The notes beneath the pieces were generated by a model. The model made no database searches. It was not told where the DNA came from and saw only the letters and a program-made list of their open reading frames with translations. A stretch of 63,941 nt of DNA, the filler included, from Phoronis australis (Eukaryota; Animalia; Phoronida), in assembly GCA_002633005.1 (NCBI GenBank). It is 6 parts of 6 records of this genome, joined end to end, with 100 filler letters (N's around TTAATTAATTAA, not from the genome) between each part and the next. Parts side by side here need not be neighbours in the genome. Positions count along the whole stretch, not along the records: positions 19,701 to 29,205 come from NMRA01001815.1; positions 29,306 to 53,788 come from NMRA01000213.1; 4 more parts are not named here. One strand, given 5' to 3'. The translations under genes were made by a program, and so were the position numbers. Positions 23,968-38,300 of this stretch are shown here, piece by piece (position 1 is the stretch's first letter; each line of letters begins with the position of its first letter).

Positions 23968-25098
23968 GACAGACAATAAATATTTCCAAACTGATGTAGA
24001 TAATTACTATTAAAACGGTGAGTTATATCGACTTATACGTGTGCGTTGCGAGAGAGAGAAGCTGTTGCTTAGAAACCGGATGTCCCTTACTACAACAACG
24101 CCATCTCGCGAATTAGTTTCTCGAGCTCCTCATTATAGACACATTTTTAAGATTTAATATCCAGATTGGACTCGAAAGACCAGCCATTTAACTCACGCAA
24201 TGTCAACTTTCGCTTTGTTTATGGCAGTGAGCCTCGCTTTCGATTTTAATGTCTGCCGCGTGAATTAGGGCTATAGACGGAAAAACTCAATTTCAGGGAG
24301 TGGGCTTTAAGTCACGCATGGGCATTTAAAAGAAGTTTTTGAAAGGTCAAGGTCGATATTTACCAATACACCAATTTTGGGTAAAGTTCTATTTATGTAC
24401 ACCATTTATGTATGGAAAATAGGGCATAACACAGACTATGTGCCCCTGTCAGAATACAAAGAACTTTACATGCCAACCACTCCGAGGTGATTTCAGTCAA
24501 TCAACGGTAACTTCTTGATTCCTTTTGATGGTAGACACAAATTGCCAACATGACAAAGGAAAAGTTGGAAACCAGTGCGTTACAGTAAATCGGCTTCCCT
24601 GAAGATTTTCCTGTTTATGCCAAAGTTGAGAGGAAGTTATCTTTTAAGTTTCGTTGTTCACATGATGACAACAGAATACCTCGACAACTGCAATGTGATG
24701 TGCAAGACATGTACATCTTGCCTATTCCAAAATTACTGATACTACACCCCAAAAAATACTTCTCCTTTCCTCAATGACTAGTAATGACCTCTCTCGCCAT
24801 TCTAGCTACACTGAACGCGAATTCCACCAACAGTCAACCACTGGGACGGATAATTTCACTTCCACTCGGTCACCATGACAAAGAATTCCAAGTCACTTTG
24901 TACTACTATCTTTAGTGTGTACTGTACATGCTTCTGTCAACACAGTACAAATATCCAGCTACAGAACTAAAAGTAATCAGACAAAATGTTGTTTCACCAT
25001 CGTCAATAGCCATTCCAGCTAGTCTAATGATGAATTCCAGGCCACCTCGTCTGATTAATTTTGGTGTGTGCTGTATAATTACACAATTGCATGCTAAC

Positions 25099-27597
25099 CT
25101 GTGCACTCCTCCTAGAAGGGTAAGTACCATTTCACTCGTTGATCGACCTATTGTCTCCAATTGTCGTTCTCGTGTGTAGCCTAGTGACTCAGCATGGGAC
25201 AGTAGCCTCTCTCTCAACACAACATTTACGCTGGGTACCTCCAAATCAGCGTCTGCAAGAAATTGGGAAAATTCAGGTGCCATGTCTCTGGAGTGAAATG
25301 AAATGACAGGAACAAGATCAATTGGACCGGTGTCTGAGATAACCACGCATTGAATTATGGGAATACGTTGCTACTCAGAGTAAATCACCAAGCTAAATTT
25401 GACCTAATTTCATCAAACTTAATAATATGACACATTGTTTGATATTTTTTCAAAGCTTATATTTCCTTGCTCCCTTACTAACCATTGCTCAGTTGTCTTG
25501 AAAGAGACTGCTCGTGAGTAAAGTACATCAAGCCTACTTCTCATGTCACTTACACGTGACATCTCTCACACACCAGCACACCCTTAACAGGTGTAAATGC
25601 TAGATGACAGAGAATGGCATACCTGTGACATACGTATTGGCCCCTCTGCACCCAGCCGGCAGCTTTATCTGTTTGAAAACAGGTGGCCTACTCTGTAGAA
25701 CATTCTGATCGCACCTGTATTGAGGTTCACCTCCCTTCACCACTCGTGGACCATTACGATTTGACTCGTCCAACCCAGCCTCTTTGTCAAATAGTGCCAG
25801 ATTCTTCTCAAAGTCGAAGTCTCCAATGAACGACTCCACAGGTGTGCTGAAGCAGTCCTCTCGTTGTTGCCGTTGGCGCTGGTGACTCTCGATTTTACGA
25901 GGTGTGGACTGCTGTCGACGTGGAGAGTCTCGGAGTTCAGATGCTGAAGTAAAAAAGTAACAAATTAATTAAAGTTATTTTTTATCTAAAGGCCTTGCAT
26001 TTGTAAATCCTGTACATGTATGTCAACCAGGCAACTGTAAGCACAAGCTAAACCAAATTATCACGTGTCAAAATTTATGTGGCTTATAGCGCAGCACAAC
26101 TTCATTCAGAGAAGCGTGAAATTTTTGATTTTGTGAACACATTTGAACAATTGACTGGAAGACATTATTAAACTAAAGGCAACAAATTTATGCGATGGTA
26201 AAAAACATGACTGCCTTCGTGCCTTGTTTTTTTTTCAGAATACAACTTAATGTAACTTAAAACTTTGTATTATCCTCAAAACATGGATATTGAGTTTTGA
26301 CTGCCATCCATGCTAAGCTTAACAGACAAGAGTCTCTGAAAAAACAACTAATGCAGCATTTTTTCCCCAAGACCATACCTGAGTTTGTTCTCTTGCGTGC
26401 AAATTCTGCTCTACTTGGTGAATCTGTCCTCCCAGAGGGGGAGCCACCTCGATGTGACTGTTCTCGCACTTTCCTTATATCGGGTGATTTCCTGTACATT
26501 GGTGTGGACTTGGTCGCCGTAGCTTGTGTGCGAGCATTCTGGTTTGAGTTCATACTAGCAGACACCTCTTGCGGTGTCTTTAGTATCGTCAGGTCACAGA
26601 TGTTAACAGCGCTAAAAACGAGGTGGCCAAAATCAGTACAAATTTGAACAGCACCTTAACAGCCCACAACTCAAACATAATTTTTCTGTAATTTGATATG
26701 TACACTTAGTCTAATGCCTCTAATTATTGTTTAGAGTAATTAAATCTCATCAATTTCAGACAAAAACAATTACCTAAAGACAAAAACAATTACCTAAAGT
26801 GACCTCTTTTCATTACTCAAACACAACTAATACTATTACGAATGCACAAAATGTCAAGTAACACCGTTTAGCGATTGCTATGATACAGAACTAAAACGTT
26901 ATTAAAGCATTTACATGATGTTATCTGTCTTGTATGAAAAAATGAAATTTTCCATATTTGCCATACTGTGTCCACAATAGGCGACATTATACCATGCCCC
27001 CTAGCTTTAGTAACAATCAAAAGTGTCATGAAATGGACCGATTTCTGATCGCGAATTATATCTCACAGCAAATCATCTCACACCGGGTGTTACAAAAGGG
27101 CCAGGGATACAATGCAGATAAAATTCCCACTATTTGCAAAATTAACGTTTTGGCTTTTACTTTAGTGTGAAATAATTAAAGAATGATCATACACACAACA
27201 CTGTACATTTGCTTAACATGTATCATTGCCATGACCTCTTATTGTTGAAGGACCAGACTCTGGTGAATAAAGACGGATAAAATTCAAATTAAACAGCATT
27301 TTCGATATTTTACACGCTGAAATAAATTGTGACTTAATTGACCCCTAAAGCCATGTGACTGCATTCTCTAACACTTAGGCAAACATAGTTTACAATAAAA
27401 CGCCAGGCACTAGCACCCAGACAAAGACACACTTACTCAATTGTAACTTCGGGGAGTTGATATGGCACACCGTTTCTGAATGCCTTGCTTAATGTGATCG
27501 TCTGTTGGGTGTTGTCTACACTAGTCACCTGGCCTTGGTAAGTGCCGAGCTCTCCACAGTCAACTGACACCACATGATCAACCCACGACGCAGACAT
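25099..27597 (-). CDS. EDC3: Enhancer of mRNA-decapping protein 3, 5' four coding exons (LSm, FDF, start of YjeF_N); 3' exons not seen
   Basis: Exons 27597-27437 (MSASWVDHVVSVDCGELGTYQGQV...ITLSKAFRNG, LSm), 26611-26379, 25943-25623 (DFDFEKNLALFDK, FDF) and 25252-25099 (DADLEVPSV...RQLETIGRSTSEMVLTLLGG). All introns are GT-AG with compatible phases (2,1,1); ~289 codons in total. Confidence 0.9.
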
Positions 27598-29350
27598 GGT
27601 GTGAAGTGCGCCACCTATAGGATTAAGAAGGTATTCTTCAGTTGGTTTGAAATTAAAGTCACTGTAGCATACATCTGGCATGGGGAAAATTTAGCCAAGA
27701 CATACGTACAAATCAAACTATAAATATAATTCAAATTTGTACATGTATAATTTCAAACACGCGTAACAAAACTGAAAATTAAATTACAGGGGCTTCAATT
27801 TCTTTACTAGGATTTAGTAATTTGATATCAATTTAATCGTCTACCAGACAATATAATTTTTACATTTACTTACATCCATTTCTGAATAGATCAGAAAACA
27901 AGAAAACAACAAGGAACATTCAAGATCTCAAAATATTAAGCATACGATAAAATCTCACCAATTTAGGACACGCTATGGCCAACAGGTGGAATTTCACCTT
28001 TCACTTTTTCTGTAAAAGATACAGCACCATATAAATGCTTTACCATAGTCAAGTTCTGCACCACACCTATCATCAGACGATATCTAGAAAGGCATTAGGC
28101 ATTCATAACAACGTTAGAAACCCTAGAAAAATACAAGTTCCGGCTGTAATTTTTGTCCAAACTGAGTGAGAATTTACCATTGTTCAAAAGCATTTGTTGA
28201 TTACAAATACGCTCATTGAGAATAAGGCGTACAGGCTCATGACTGGATTGGTTTCAAGCACTCCATGGATGAAACATAATAAACAGAAATCAGCTTGTGT
28301 TTTGAATGAGATAATATGGTCGTTATTACAAGTCTCTGTTGTCTGTAAACAACATTTCACTGACTTACCGTAGTTAAAATTTCTGGCAATTTCATTACTA
28401 CAGCGAATGTCCAATATAAATATAATTGAAACTTTTTACATCAAATATTGCTCACATTTTCACAAGTTGAAGTTTTCCAACTTGTCCCAACGTGAGGTTG
28501 TCCAGACCTCGTAACTCATTGTTCTCGACAGTTAGACTACCCCTTTGGCTTAATGTCAAACCATGAGAACATTTCTAGAGTTCGCATGTACTAGAAAGTT
28601 TTTTTGCTTCAGCTATTTCGATTTTTGCCGCTGAGATTTGGTGATCTCAGCTCCCGTTTGGCGACCTGAGAATTTTGCCAGGTAGCGTTTGGCGAGATGA
28701 TGTTATGCTAAGCAGCAGCTCTGCATTGATTATTCTGTGTCTACAATTGCTTCTCATCACTTCCACATAATTTCGATGGCTAATACGCACGATTACCTGA
28801 TTACTGTCCAAATAATCTTAAAAATCAAGATAACGAAGCAAGGCCTTAGCTTAGACTTGGCCAGTTAACAGGCAATAATAACATGTCAACCAACACTGAA
28901 CAACGTTAAAGCCAACGGGTGAAAAGGCAGTCACTGTGCTGTGCATGAACTTGGAATCCTGCTTAATCTCAAGATTAAGCGGAAGTGAGTGTTGCGTGAA
29001 CTTGGAAATGAATATTCTTTTAGGCAAAAAGGTGAAATTTTTGTTTGGTGAAATGAATTTTTGTAATTATTGACCTCTCAGGGACTCATCTAGCGGCGCC
29101 GTGCTGGCCGTCCTTGGGACGGCCCTTTTAAAAAATGACGGCTTTGGACGGCACGGCCAAGACGGAAAAAAGACGGCCTGTTCCAAAACAACCTCGGCGA
29201 AAATGNNNNNNNNNNNNNNNNNNNNNNNNNNNNNNNNNNNNNNNNNNNNTTAATTAATTAANNNNNNNNNNNNNNNNNNNNNNNNNNNNNNNNNNNNNNN
29301 NNNNNTTACCATTGTACTGCATGAGTTGCATACATGTTCACTGCTTTTAG

Positions 29351-32300
29351 CTCAGGGACCCATCAAAGGGGGCTGGGGTGAGTTCGGACCTTGGACGTCG
29401 TGTTTACTAAGTAAGAATCGCACGCGAACCAAAATGTGCAATAATCCAGCACCAAGTGGCGGCGGCTCCTATTGCCAGGAAAACAGCTCTAGTACGGAGA
29501 CCCAGTCTTGTCCAACTCAGGCAAAGTTGAGGATGAGCTATTACGATGAAGTCTATGGTAAGAACATTATAAAACTCGTCGCTGGTTTATAGGGTCCTTA
29601 TTGAAACAACACGTGCTCACGCTGTGTGCATTTCTGATTTGCATCGTTTTGCATACATAGCTAATCAACTCGCCTGAAATTCCAAACAGTCATCATGGGA
29701 CTGCGATCAACGGCACCTGTCCACACGCACTTCATCAAAATAGCTTAATAAACTGTATAATTTTGACTGTAGTGTCAACAGTGTGACGCTCCTGATACCA
29801 TTCTGTGGTTGTATATGGAAATTACTCTATAATTTTAAAATCGATTATTTACTTAAGTACTTGTGTTTGGTCTGACTACAATTCTATGGGAAGCATTGGC
29901 GTGTCGGAGACAACAGAGGTCCTGCCGCCCTTCTTTATCTCGTATCAATACACCAATTGAAAAATAAGAATATTATTAACAAATCATGGTTGGCCGAATT
30001 ACAAATGCATGCTGCCTTCGCAAGTCATGTGAATACACTTTAACGAAGCAGCACTTTTTGTGTTCATCAGGGGACTGTTTCATGAAAGTGCTCTTTGTGC
30101 TCACCAGGTTAATAACCGATCACTCGCCGTGTACTATGAACCAGCGTTAAGCGTTTTATTTTGATGTTGATATCGCTTAGAAACTAAACCTTTCAAAGAC
30201 TGAGTGCAATGTGAAGGAAATTTGACTGGTCTACCTGTGACAGCAATACTTCCATTTGTCAATTAGATGCTTGTCGGTGGTTTCGCTTGACGACAATGTT
30301 CCCCTAAGTTTAATCACGTGGCTGCGAAAGTTAGGTGACTTTACTTACATGTAAAGCGTGAACTGACTTTCTGGAAAATGGTAAAGCGTCGTTTACCGGA
30401 AACGCCTTAGCGGCATGCAGAGGGTATCATGACGGTGGTTTAACAAAACCAGGTTGAAGATTGAAACTCGGGTGTCTTAAACCTGAGATGTAACTTGCAT
30501 TTCACCAAACACGGTTTAAAATCCTGAAAGCCAGTTTTGTCAAGACCAGGGAGCGGGTTTGATAAAACCAGTTATAAAGGATGTATGAGATCTTACTGTT
30601 CGATCTGCCGCGGCGTTAACTATTGAAGTGCTTAATGGAACCTGGTGGGTCTGTTAAAAATAATATTAGTAGAGGTCTGACAAAAATTCTTCTGAGGAAC
30701 TAGGTTTCTTTACCGTAGAGAAAAGTCCTATGTTATAGAGAATCATAGAACTGACGCCAATTCATCTCAATGTAATAACAAGTTTAGATAACTATTGGTC
30801 CAGTCACACTGGTTGCATAGTTCCCGGGACAGTTAAAGAAATTTTGGAGATGCTAAAAAATGAAAGCCAAACAGAATTTCATCTGCAAACAACACACTGA
30901 AGGGCCCAGTGTCGGATCTAGGATATCCTGAGGGCGACCAACATTTTTTCTGATAACTGTACCCAACAGACACAGACACACACACACACACATACACACA
31001 CGCGCGCGCGAGCGCGCACTCACGCACACACACACACGCACACAAATAATAACCCGTGATTAGTCGCAACACAATGCTATTTTACCTGTCATTTTTGCTA
31101 CTTATTTTTTCGGTGGTCCGGGTCGATATTCCCTAAATCCGCCACTGCGATTAAACGAAGTTGACCTCAGTGAGAAGCATCAAGTGGTGTCAGACCTCAT
31201 TGGAGACGTTGCCGTCTTTAGTCCTACATGACGACGAAAATCTGTCCAATCATTCGTATTCTTAGGAATCACGGTGCAAGTGGTACTGGTCTACCTGTAC
31301 GTTTGAATTAGTTTGTTGTCGTAAAAGTGAAAATATTCCACTCTCGCTCTAAAATTGCGTCCGTGATGCACTCCGCGTCTTCGTCTTTCAGCCACATGGT
31401 TGAGCACATCTATATCGCAGAGGTCTTTCATCTTTACCTGTATTAAGCCTGCGTCTGACCAAGTCTATAGTTAAACTTTGCTTTTGAGATCGTGATATTG
31501 GAATAAGGCAATCAGCCCTCGGTTATGAAATGAAAGACGCTTTGATCATTTTTATGCCAGGTTTTACATGACAACTGGACTAAACGCCAAGTCTCCTTTA
31601 CGGAATGCAGGTTATCTTTAAACGTGGTCCATTCCTAATGTAAAACAAGTTTAATTTGAAACCATTTTGATGAAATCGGCAGCAAATGCTCCAGACGGAT
31701 AGTATGTTGGCATCAAATGACTTAATCCAGCATTTTGCATTCTGTGATTTTAATACCTGCTTTGTATCATTTCAGTATGTAGTGGTACGGAAAGATTCCA
31801 ACTAATTATTGTTGACAAAGTGGCATTCAGCGGACATGTCATTGAAACGGTCAATAGTGTCGACAGTGAACTAAAGTGCGCCATTTTCTGCATGAACGAC
31901 ACAGAATGCCAGTCTGCGGATTACTCCAGTGTGTCGTCCACGTGCACTTTCTTAGATGTCACGTGGGATAACCAGATGCTGTCTTCAAATTCCTTGGCAG
32001 AGAAGTCTCAGATGGCGCATTTAGAATTTCAATGTACCTTAGGTAAACTATCATTAGAACGACAGGACATATTCAAAGTGTTTATAAAATCAATGATGTG
32101 AAAAATGAGCTGCACTATGATCCTGTTATTGCAAACCATCCCTTCGGTGAAAGCACGTTTTTGCTAGCTTGCCCATCAATTTCATTTTGGGAACTGCACA
32201 AGAAACGAAACAAATTGCAAAATACAGAAACTTTTCTTTGTTGACTCTACAGTGCGTTGGCTACTTTAGGCCCTCGAAGATGCAATCATATTGATCACTA

Positions 32301-35300
32301 GAAATGGGAATGCATATTGAATACATACAGTAAGTTTTATACTTGTCATAGTATCAAATCTCACAAATGTCTTGAAAGTAACCTTCAACGGAAAGGTGGT
32401 GTTAATAGCAGAGCTCAAGTTACGAGTTTTCGATGCTGTGCGCATCCATCAATGATTGAAGGAGGCCGACATTCATGTTAAGCTAGGCGTGAGAGGTAAA
32501 GTCTGCCTCCCGTTCAGTAACGCTAGGACCTAGCTTAAAAGCAAGACTTTGCGAGATTACGCGAGATATTGCCGTATATTTTAAATACGAGCACGTGACC
32601 TTGACTAGCTTTTGGCTAGGTCCTAGCGTAGGTCCTAGGGTCTACTGAACGCACGCCGGGTTTGTTTTCAAACATGTCGTCGAGTCTCTGTTTCACCTTT
32701 GGTTGGAATGCCCCTTCTTACAATAAAAATACCTTCCTGAAAGATATTAGGCTCTACCAAGTTTAGACACGGGTATAAGCATGGTACATATGGGAAACCA
32801 AACTGAAGTGTGGCGTATCTGTAAATTTATTTATTATGCGTTTTAAAAGAGACGGAGACAGTGTTCATTTTCCAGTTAGGTTTACTTTTGTAGTATTTTA
32901 CTTTTACTTTACATATTTTTGTAACAGGGGCCGGAAAAACTTTATCATTAGGTAGTTGAGCCGCACCACGCATTCATTATTCACGGGTATGCAGCAGATG
33001 AGTCAGGGTTGCAATCTACGCGATGTAACGATTGGTGATGCACACATTTGGCGTTGCTTAGTAATTTGCATTTGAAGCCAAATTTTGCACAGTTCTCGTT
33101 AACAGTGTATAACACAGTAAACTATTAATATTAAATTCACCCAATCCCCAATTTCCTAAATATGACTTTCTTAAAACGGTTCCTGGGGATGTTTTTTTTT
33201 TGCTGGATTAATCTCCTAACGGGTAGCATGATCCGTCATATACTCGTAAAATTGTAGAATCACCTGTCATCCAGAGCAACCGCGGTAGTAGTGCAATGAG
33301 TCCAAACTGATTAACTGGTGCACTAGGCGTGTTTCCTATTTTAGAGCGTTACCAACGTACGTTTTCTTAATTGTTGAGACTTCATTTAGTTAATATCAAA
33401 TGAATACCGTAAGATTTAATTAAATAAGCACTTTTGATGACAAATAGTCGCGACTTTTTTTTGGAAGAAAAAGTAGTTATTCCCAATTTTCCCGCCAAAA
33501 TGTAATGGGTGGAAGACATGTGGTCACTTGACAATTGAGTGCAGTGGCAGAGCATGGCAGATCAGAAGACGAAACGTGCCGAAGTTTGCCTCCCGACTGA
33601 ATCGCATGTTCCACATGACATTCCACCCTCTCGTCGCACAAACCGCGCAAAAATAAAATCACATAATGGAGTTGCGTATTTGAGTTGGCTACGTTGCGTC
33701 TTCGGCCCTAGGACTGCAGCAGTGCACTGAGATGTCATCTGGCGTATTATGAGACTCAACAGGTGACCGACAGCACAATCTGGCCAGGATACTACTGAGT
33801 GTTCTACACTCATGTTCTTGGTAATATAAATCTGATACCGCTTTGTTTAGTTGACTCATATCCAACAAATTTATGTTCTGGGATGACTACGTGTTTGTTT
33901 TTGCTGTAGAGAAATAGATGAGACGTTATGAGGTAGCCAACTAAATGAATATCCTTCAGATCATCAATTCATTCTATTTCTACTGCAGATTTGGGTTGCC
34001 CACCTGGATTTCATCTTTACGACAACTCCAAATGCTACGCTATAACAGGATCAGATTCTCTTAAGGTAGCCTTCTCAGAAGCGATAAACTATTGCTACGC
34101 CAGAGCAAGTCAACCGGTGTTTGTAGACGACGTCGAAGAGAAGAATGACATCATTGCTTTCACAAATAGGTACTTATGTCCCAAGTGCAATAAGTGTGGT
34201 TTCGCCCCTAAAATAGGCTTAACATAGGACTTCGTTCACAAAATCCCTTCTAAGGACACATTCTAGACTAACTGATAGATGCTCTATTAGGGATAGCGTC
34301 ATGGGTGCCCATACGTAGAAGCAGACTACAATTTGTTTTGCCCAATGTTTCATAAATCTTAGTATCTATTTCATATCGAAGACATGTTTGAAATTGTGCT
34401 TTTCTTTAAAGTATAGTATTCTAAAGGAAAAGGCATTGCCTTTTTAATAGTATTAATGTTGGCATCTTTCTAGATACGCATCATCCGTAGGAAGTGGTGT
34501 GGAGACGTATTGGTTGGGACTGCAAAGTGTTGAAGAAAATAACATCACTGCGTGGTATCTACTCAACAAGACCGAGTTTAATAACAACAGCTACACCTAT
34601 TGGAGACATGGCGAGCCGTCACACGACTGCGCACTAATGAACTGCAAGGGACACAACTGCCAATGGGAAGGCGCAGACTGCGGTTCACGTCACCATATAA
34701 TATGTGAGAGAGAAGGTACTCTAGTTCGGCTCTGTGTGACCGTGTCCTACCTAAGTTTTTCATTCGATTGTAAAAGTATTTTGGCATTTCATTTATGTCT
34801 AACGACATGCATGTTCCGGTGGTACCGGGTAAGCCTACATACATGTACATGTATACACACATTTGAAGGAAACATCTCCATGCAGCTTTTGCTGAGCCAT
34901 TTCCAAAGGTTGTGACGTGAACTGAAACAGTTTCAGCCCCGCTGTGTACACAGATGTCAAATTATGCTGCTATTCCTATACCTTCATATTTGCGAAGAAG
35001 TTGAGTAGGCCTACACGGTGCTAGCTAGTCCACATGTCTTCGTATAGACAACAGCCGCTGTAGTGTTCAAAGCGAGCCACACTTAACTTTATAGCTTTCA
35101 GAATAATGGGAGGTTGGACGGAAGTGCCGTGGAACGGTCCTTGCCTACCATGCGGTAATCGGACTCGATCCACGCAGTGTGACAACCCACCGCCAGTGAA
35201 TGGAGGCTATTGTAATGACACGTCTTTGACGGCTACGTTTGAGGAGGACTACTGCTATTGTCCAGGCACGGAGACGGTGGAATATTATGCAAATGATTGT

Positions 35301-38300
35301 AAGCCATCGTAATTTTTTGCCCAAATCGGAAAATAGTTGATGTACTTGTAACTACAGCTTTGTTTGAAACTTTGAACAGCAGTTCCATGGGTCAAAACGT
35401 GTACTTTACGAATTTTTAGTTCGCACCATCTGACTAATCCATTTTACGTGATATTTTCAAATGCTTTAATACAGTGCATTCTATAGATATTATAATTACC
35501 AGGGGCGGAATCCTGACTTTCAGCTAGGGGGCGACGGCAGAGTATTAACCGGGATTTCGACCGTCAGATATTCGCACCCTTGAACTGCCATATAGAACCC
35601 TTGCCCCACCCCCTTTCAATCCGCCACCGGTGACTGTTACTAAAGTCACCGAAATCGTTAAAAAGCAATGTTCTGCAGCCAACTGATTGGAACCAGTTTG
35701 AAACTCTTGAGTCACATTGCCAAGTATGACCGTCATGGAGTGACCGCCCACATTAATAACAAGATGCGTTCTGGCGGAATTACACTTTCTCTTTCAACAA
35801 CATGTTGAAGTATGCTTTTCACCAGTAAGTATAGTATTAGCAGTATCGAACGACTTCAAACGTACAATATAAGATGCCCTAAGTGAGGCGAGTATGTTGA
35901 AGGTTTGACAAGATCCCGCTAGACCACACTAAGAAGCCCAGTAAGCGTTGCAGGGGTAACTGTTCAATCCAAAGCATATGTGTGTGTGGGCTATGAGTTA
36001 AGCAGTCCAATCATTTTGGTGATCAGCAGCTCGATAAGCTGAAGACTGGGTAATGGGTAGGTCCTGCATGTACTACACGTACCTCGTTTACATGTACTTG
36101 TTCTGCACCTACATGGATGATCTTCTTGATACTTAAAATGCTACAATGAAACGGTCTCCACAGATTTTTCATCTACTGTACATGTGCTGGAAATTGGACA
36201 ACCAGTGTCCCATTATTCTTTGAGTTCATGGCGTTTACGGCAAATCCGTAAAAGAGTCAATCCAAGGAAGAAGTCGTGAATTGTAATTCGGTAGCCAAAC
36301 GCTAGAAACCTAGCTGCCATTAAATGACAGCTACATTTCGTGTTGAACCAGTGATTGCTACGTGGACCTGGTATCTCCCAATAAAAAGCTTCGACCACAA
36401 GTTAAATGCGAACGGAACGTGAGAAATTGGCAATGTTCGCTTACTGCCTCATGTTGTTGACCTTCAATTTGTCATACGGAAGGCAACAACGTGACGACGT
36501 GAGATCTGGTGTAAGTGCACCAAGTGATGATTAGCTGACTGTTTATAGTAAAGATCGTCAAACTGGTGTAACTTGGCGTGTCATACTCGGCTTAATGTTC
36601 GAAATGTGTCCTTTAATGTGTCCTTTATTCTGATGCGATCGTCGCGTTGGTGTCTTCTCAGATAGTGAGCAGGTGGTGATTGGAAACACAGAAGTATACT
36701 CATGCTTCCCGCGAAAACATTTCGATCCCTTGAAAGCAAAGATAGGGTTGCTTTGATTAGAATTATCCGAGGCAAACACCAGGGATAACTGAGAGTTTGG
36801 GAATTAAATACAAACGTTTTCCTGTTTTTGTCAAAAATCCCTTTTGGCATAAGAAAATATGACAGCCTAAGTTGTTTATACCTGGGATACTGATTACTTT
36901 CAGAATAAATGCTGTTAAGCCTTTTACCCCCGGGCTTTCGCCACCTTCGCCCCATGAGTCGCTACCGAAACACAAAATGGAACACAACGCACACGCAAGA
37001 GTCAACATATGACCTCTGGTGACTAGCACGTTCACGTTCACGTTTTCGTAAGGTACCCTTAACTATCTGACTGAATGCTCCCGTGCATCCCCCAAATGTA
37101 TCCCCTGCAGTGCAAAATGTTTAAGTCACTTACAGGTTACTTATTTTTCAATCCAAACTCCGAAATAAACGTCTACCACACTGTTATACTTCCAGCTATC
37201 TGTGATCTATCGATTGGTCAACAGCTTCAAGTGGTGTCCACAAGCAACCGAATGATTTTTGGCAACGAGTTGGGATCTCTGAAAGGCGTTGACAGCGAGT
37301 TGGACTGTATCATTCTGTGCCTGAATGAGTCGGGTTGCAAGTCTGCTGACTTTTCTAACATCACAAACGTCTGCATCTTAAGAAACGTAACGTGGTCCGA
37401 CCCAGATTTGGACTTGGAAAGTGTTCAGCCAAACATCACCCTATCTCACTTGGAGTTTGGGTGTGTCGTAGGTAAGTGATTTGCAATGTGCATGTGAGAT
37501 TGGACATTTGTTAACTCATTGCCAATAACTGACATTTGCTTGAGTTCCCTCAAACCAGATATGGAACGTAGTTTCCACATACTTTGACCAAGGACTGTTA
37601 CATTTAGCCAAGTACCAAGCATTGTCATATTGCAATTAGCGCCATCTATGCTGACAAACGTTTTACTTACAAACTAAGTCTAACATAACTTTACCTGCAT
37701 AGGTGGATGACACCAAATTAACCCGCCGTGTAGAGATATTTGTTCGTGCATATTCTATGATAACTTGTTTGGTGCATGAAACATTAAATCTTTATAATGA
37801 CGAGGAACTAAAGAAACAAGTATGATGAGCAAATTTCCAAATCGTGACCTTCACAAAAGAACCGTATTGCATAAAGGCAAACATTGATAACTAACAACAC
37901 ACCGAAGCACCCCGAGGCATGTCATGCACTGGCAGCGGTTACGACAGGGTTGACCTGGGTCCAAGCAGTATTCATTTCAATAATGTAAATTTGGGGTTTC
38001 ACATTTCGTCAGGATTTCGATGGAACTGCACTCCTTGTCCATCCTCGAAATTTCTTTAAGCTTTTGATTATCAGAAAGTGTTAAATCGTGTATGAGACAA
38101 TGATATCCCCGTGACCATACTATGTACTTTGCATTCAGGCAGCAGAGCCGACAAGCGAGGCATCTCTTTCCTTCGGCGACGACTATGCCCCTCAGCAAGT
38201 GCACCCGCAGGAAATTTACTCTTGGGCTCCCACAAGTATCTTTGGACAAGGTTTTGCTGTTGTAGTTGACCAACGCATCACAATATCAGCAAGCACCCAT

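Larger units (their letters stand above)
19701..24272 (+). mobile_element. Autonomous-looking ISL2EU-type DNA transposon (PIF/Harbinger-related, DDE + YqaJ); left end lost in gap
   Basis: Convergent transposase and YqaJ genes. The right terminus ...GCGTGAATTAGGGCT (ends 24272) is followed by AT and matches the TIR of the 10681-12056 element at 14/15. Confidence 0.85.

Noticed and set aside
26758-26798. 20-bp tandem duplication AGACAAAAACAATTACCTAA in an Edc3 intron
   Set aside because: Real, but an ordinary slippage duplication.
35102-35106. Acceptor tttcag at 35101 for the second TSP1 exon
   Set aside because: It gives an immediate in-frame TAA; the acceptor at 35094 preserves the frame.
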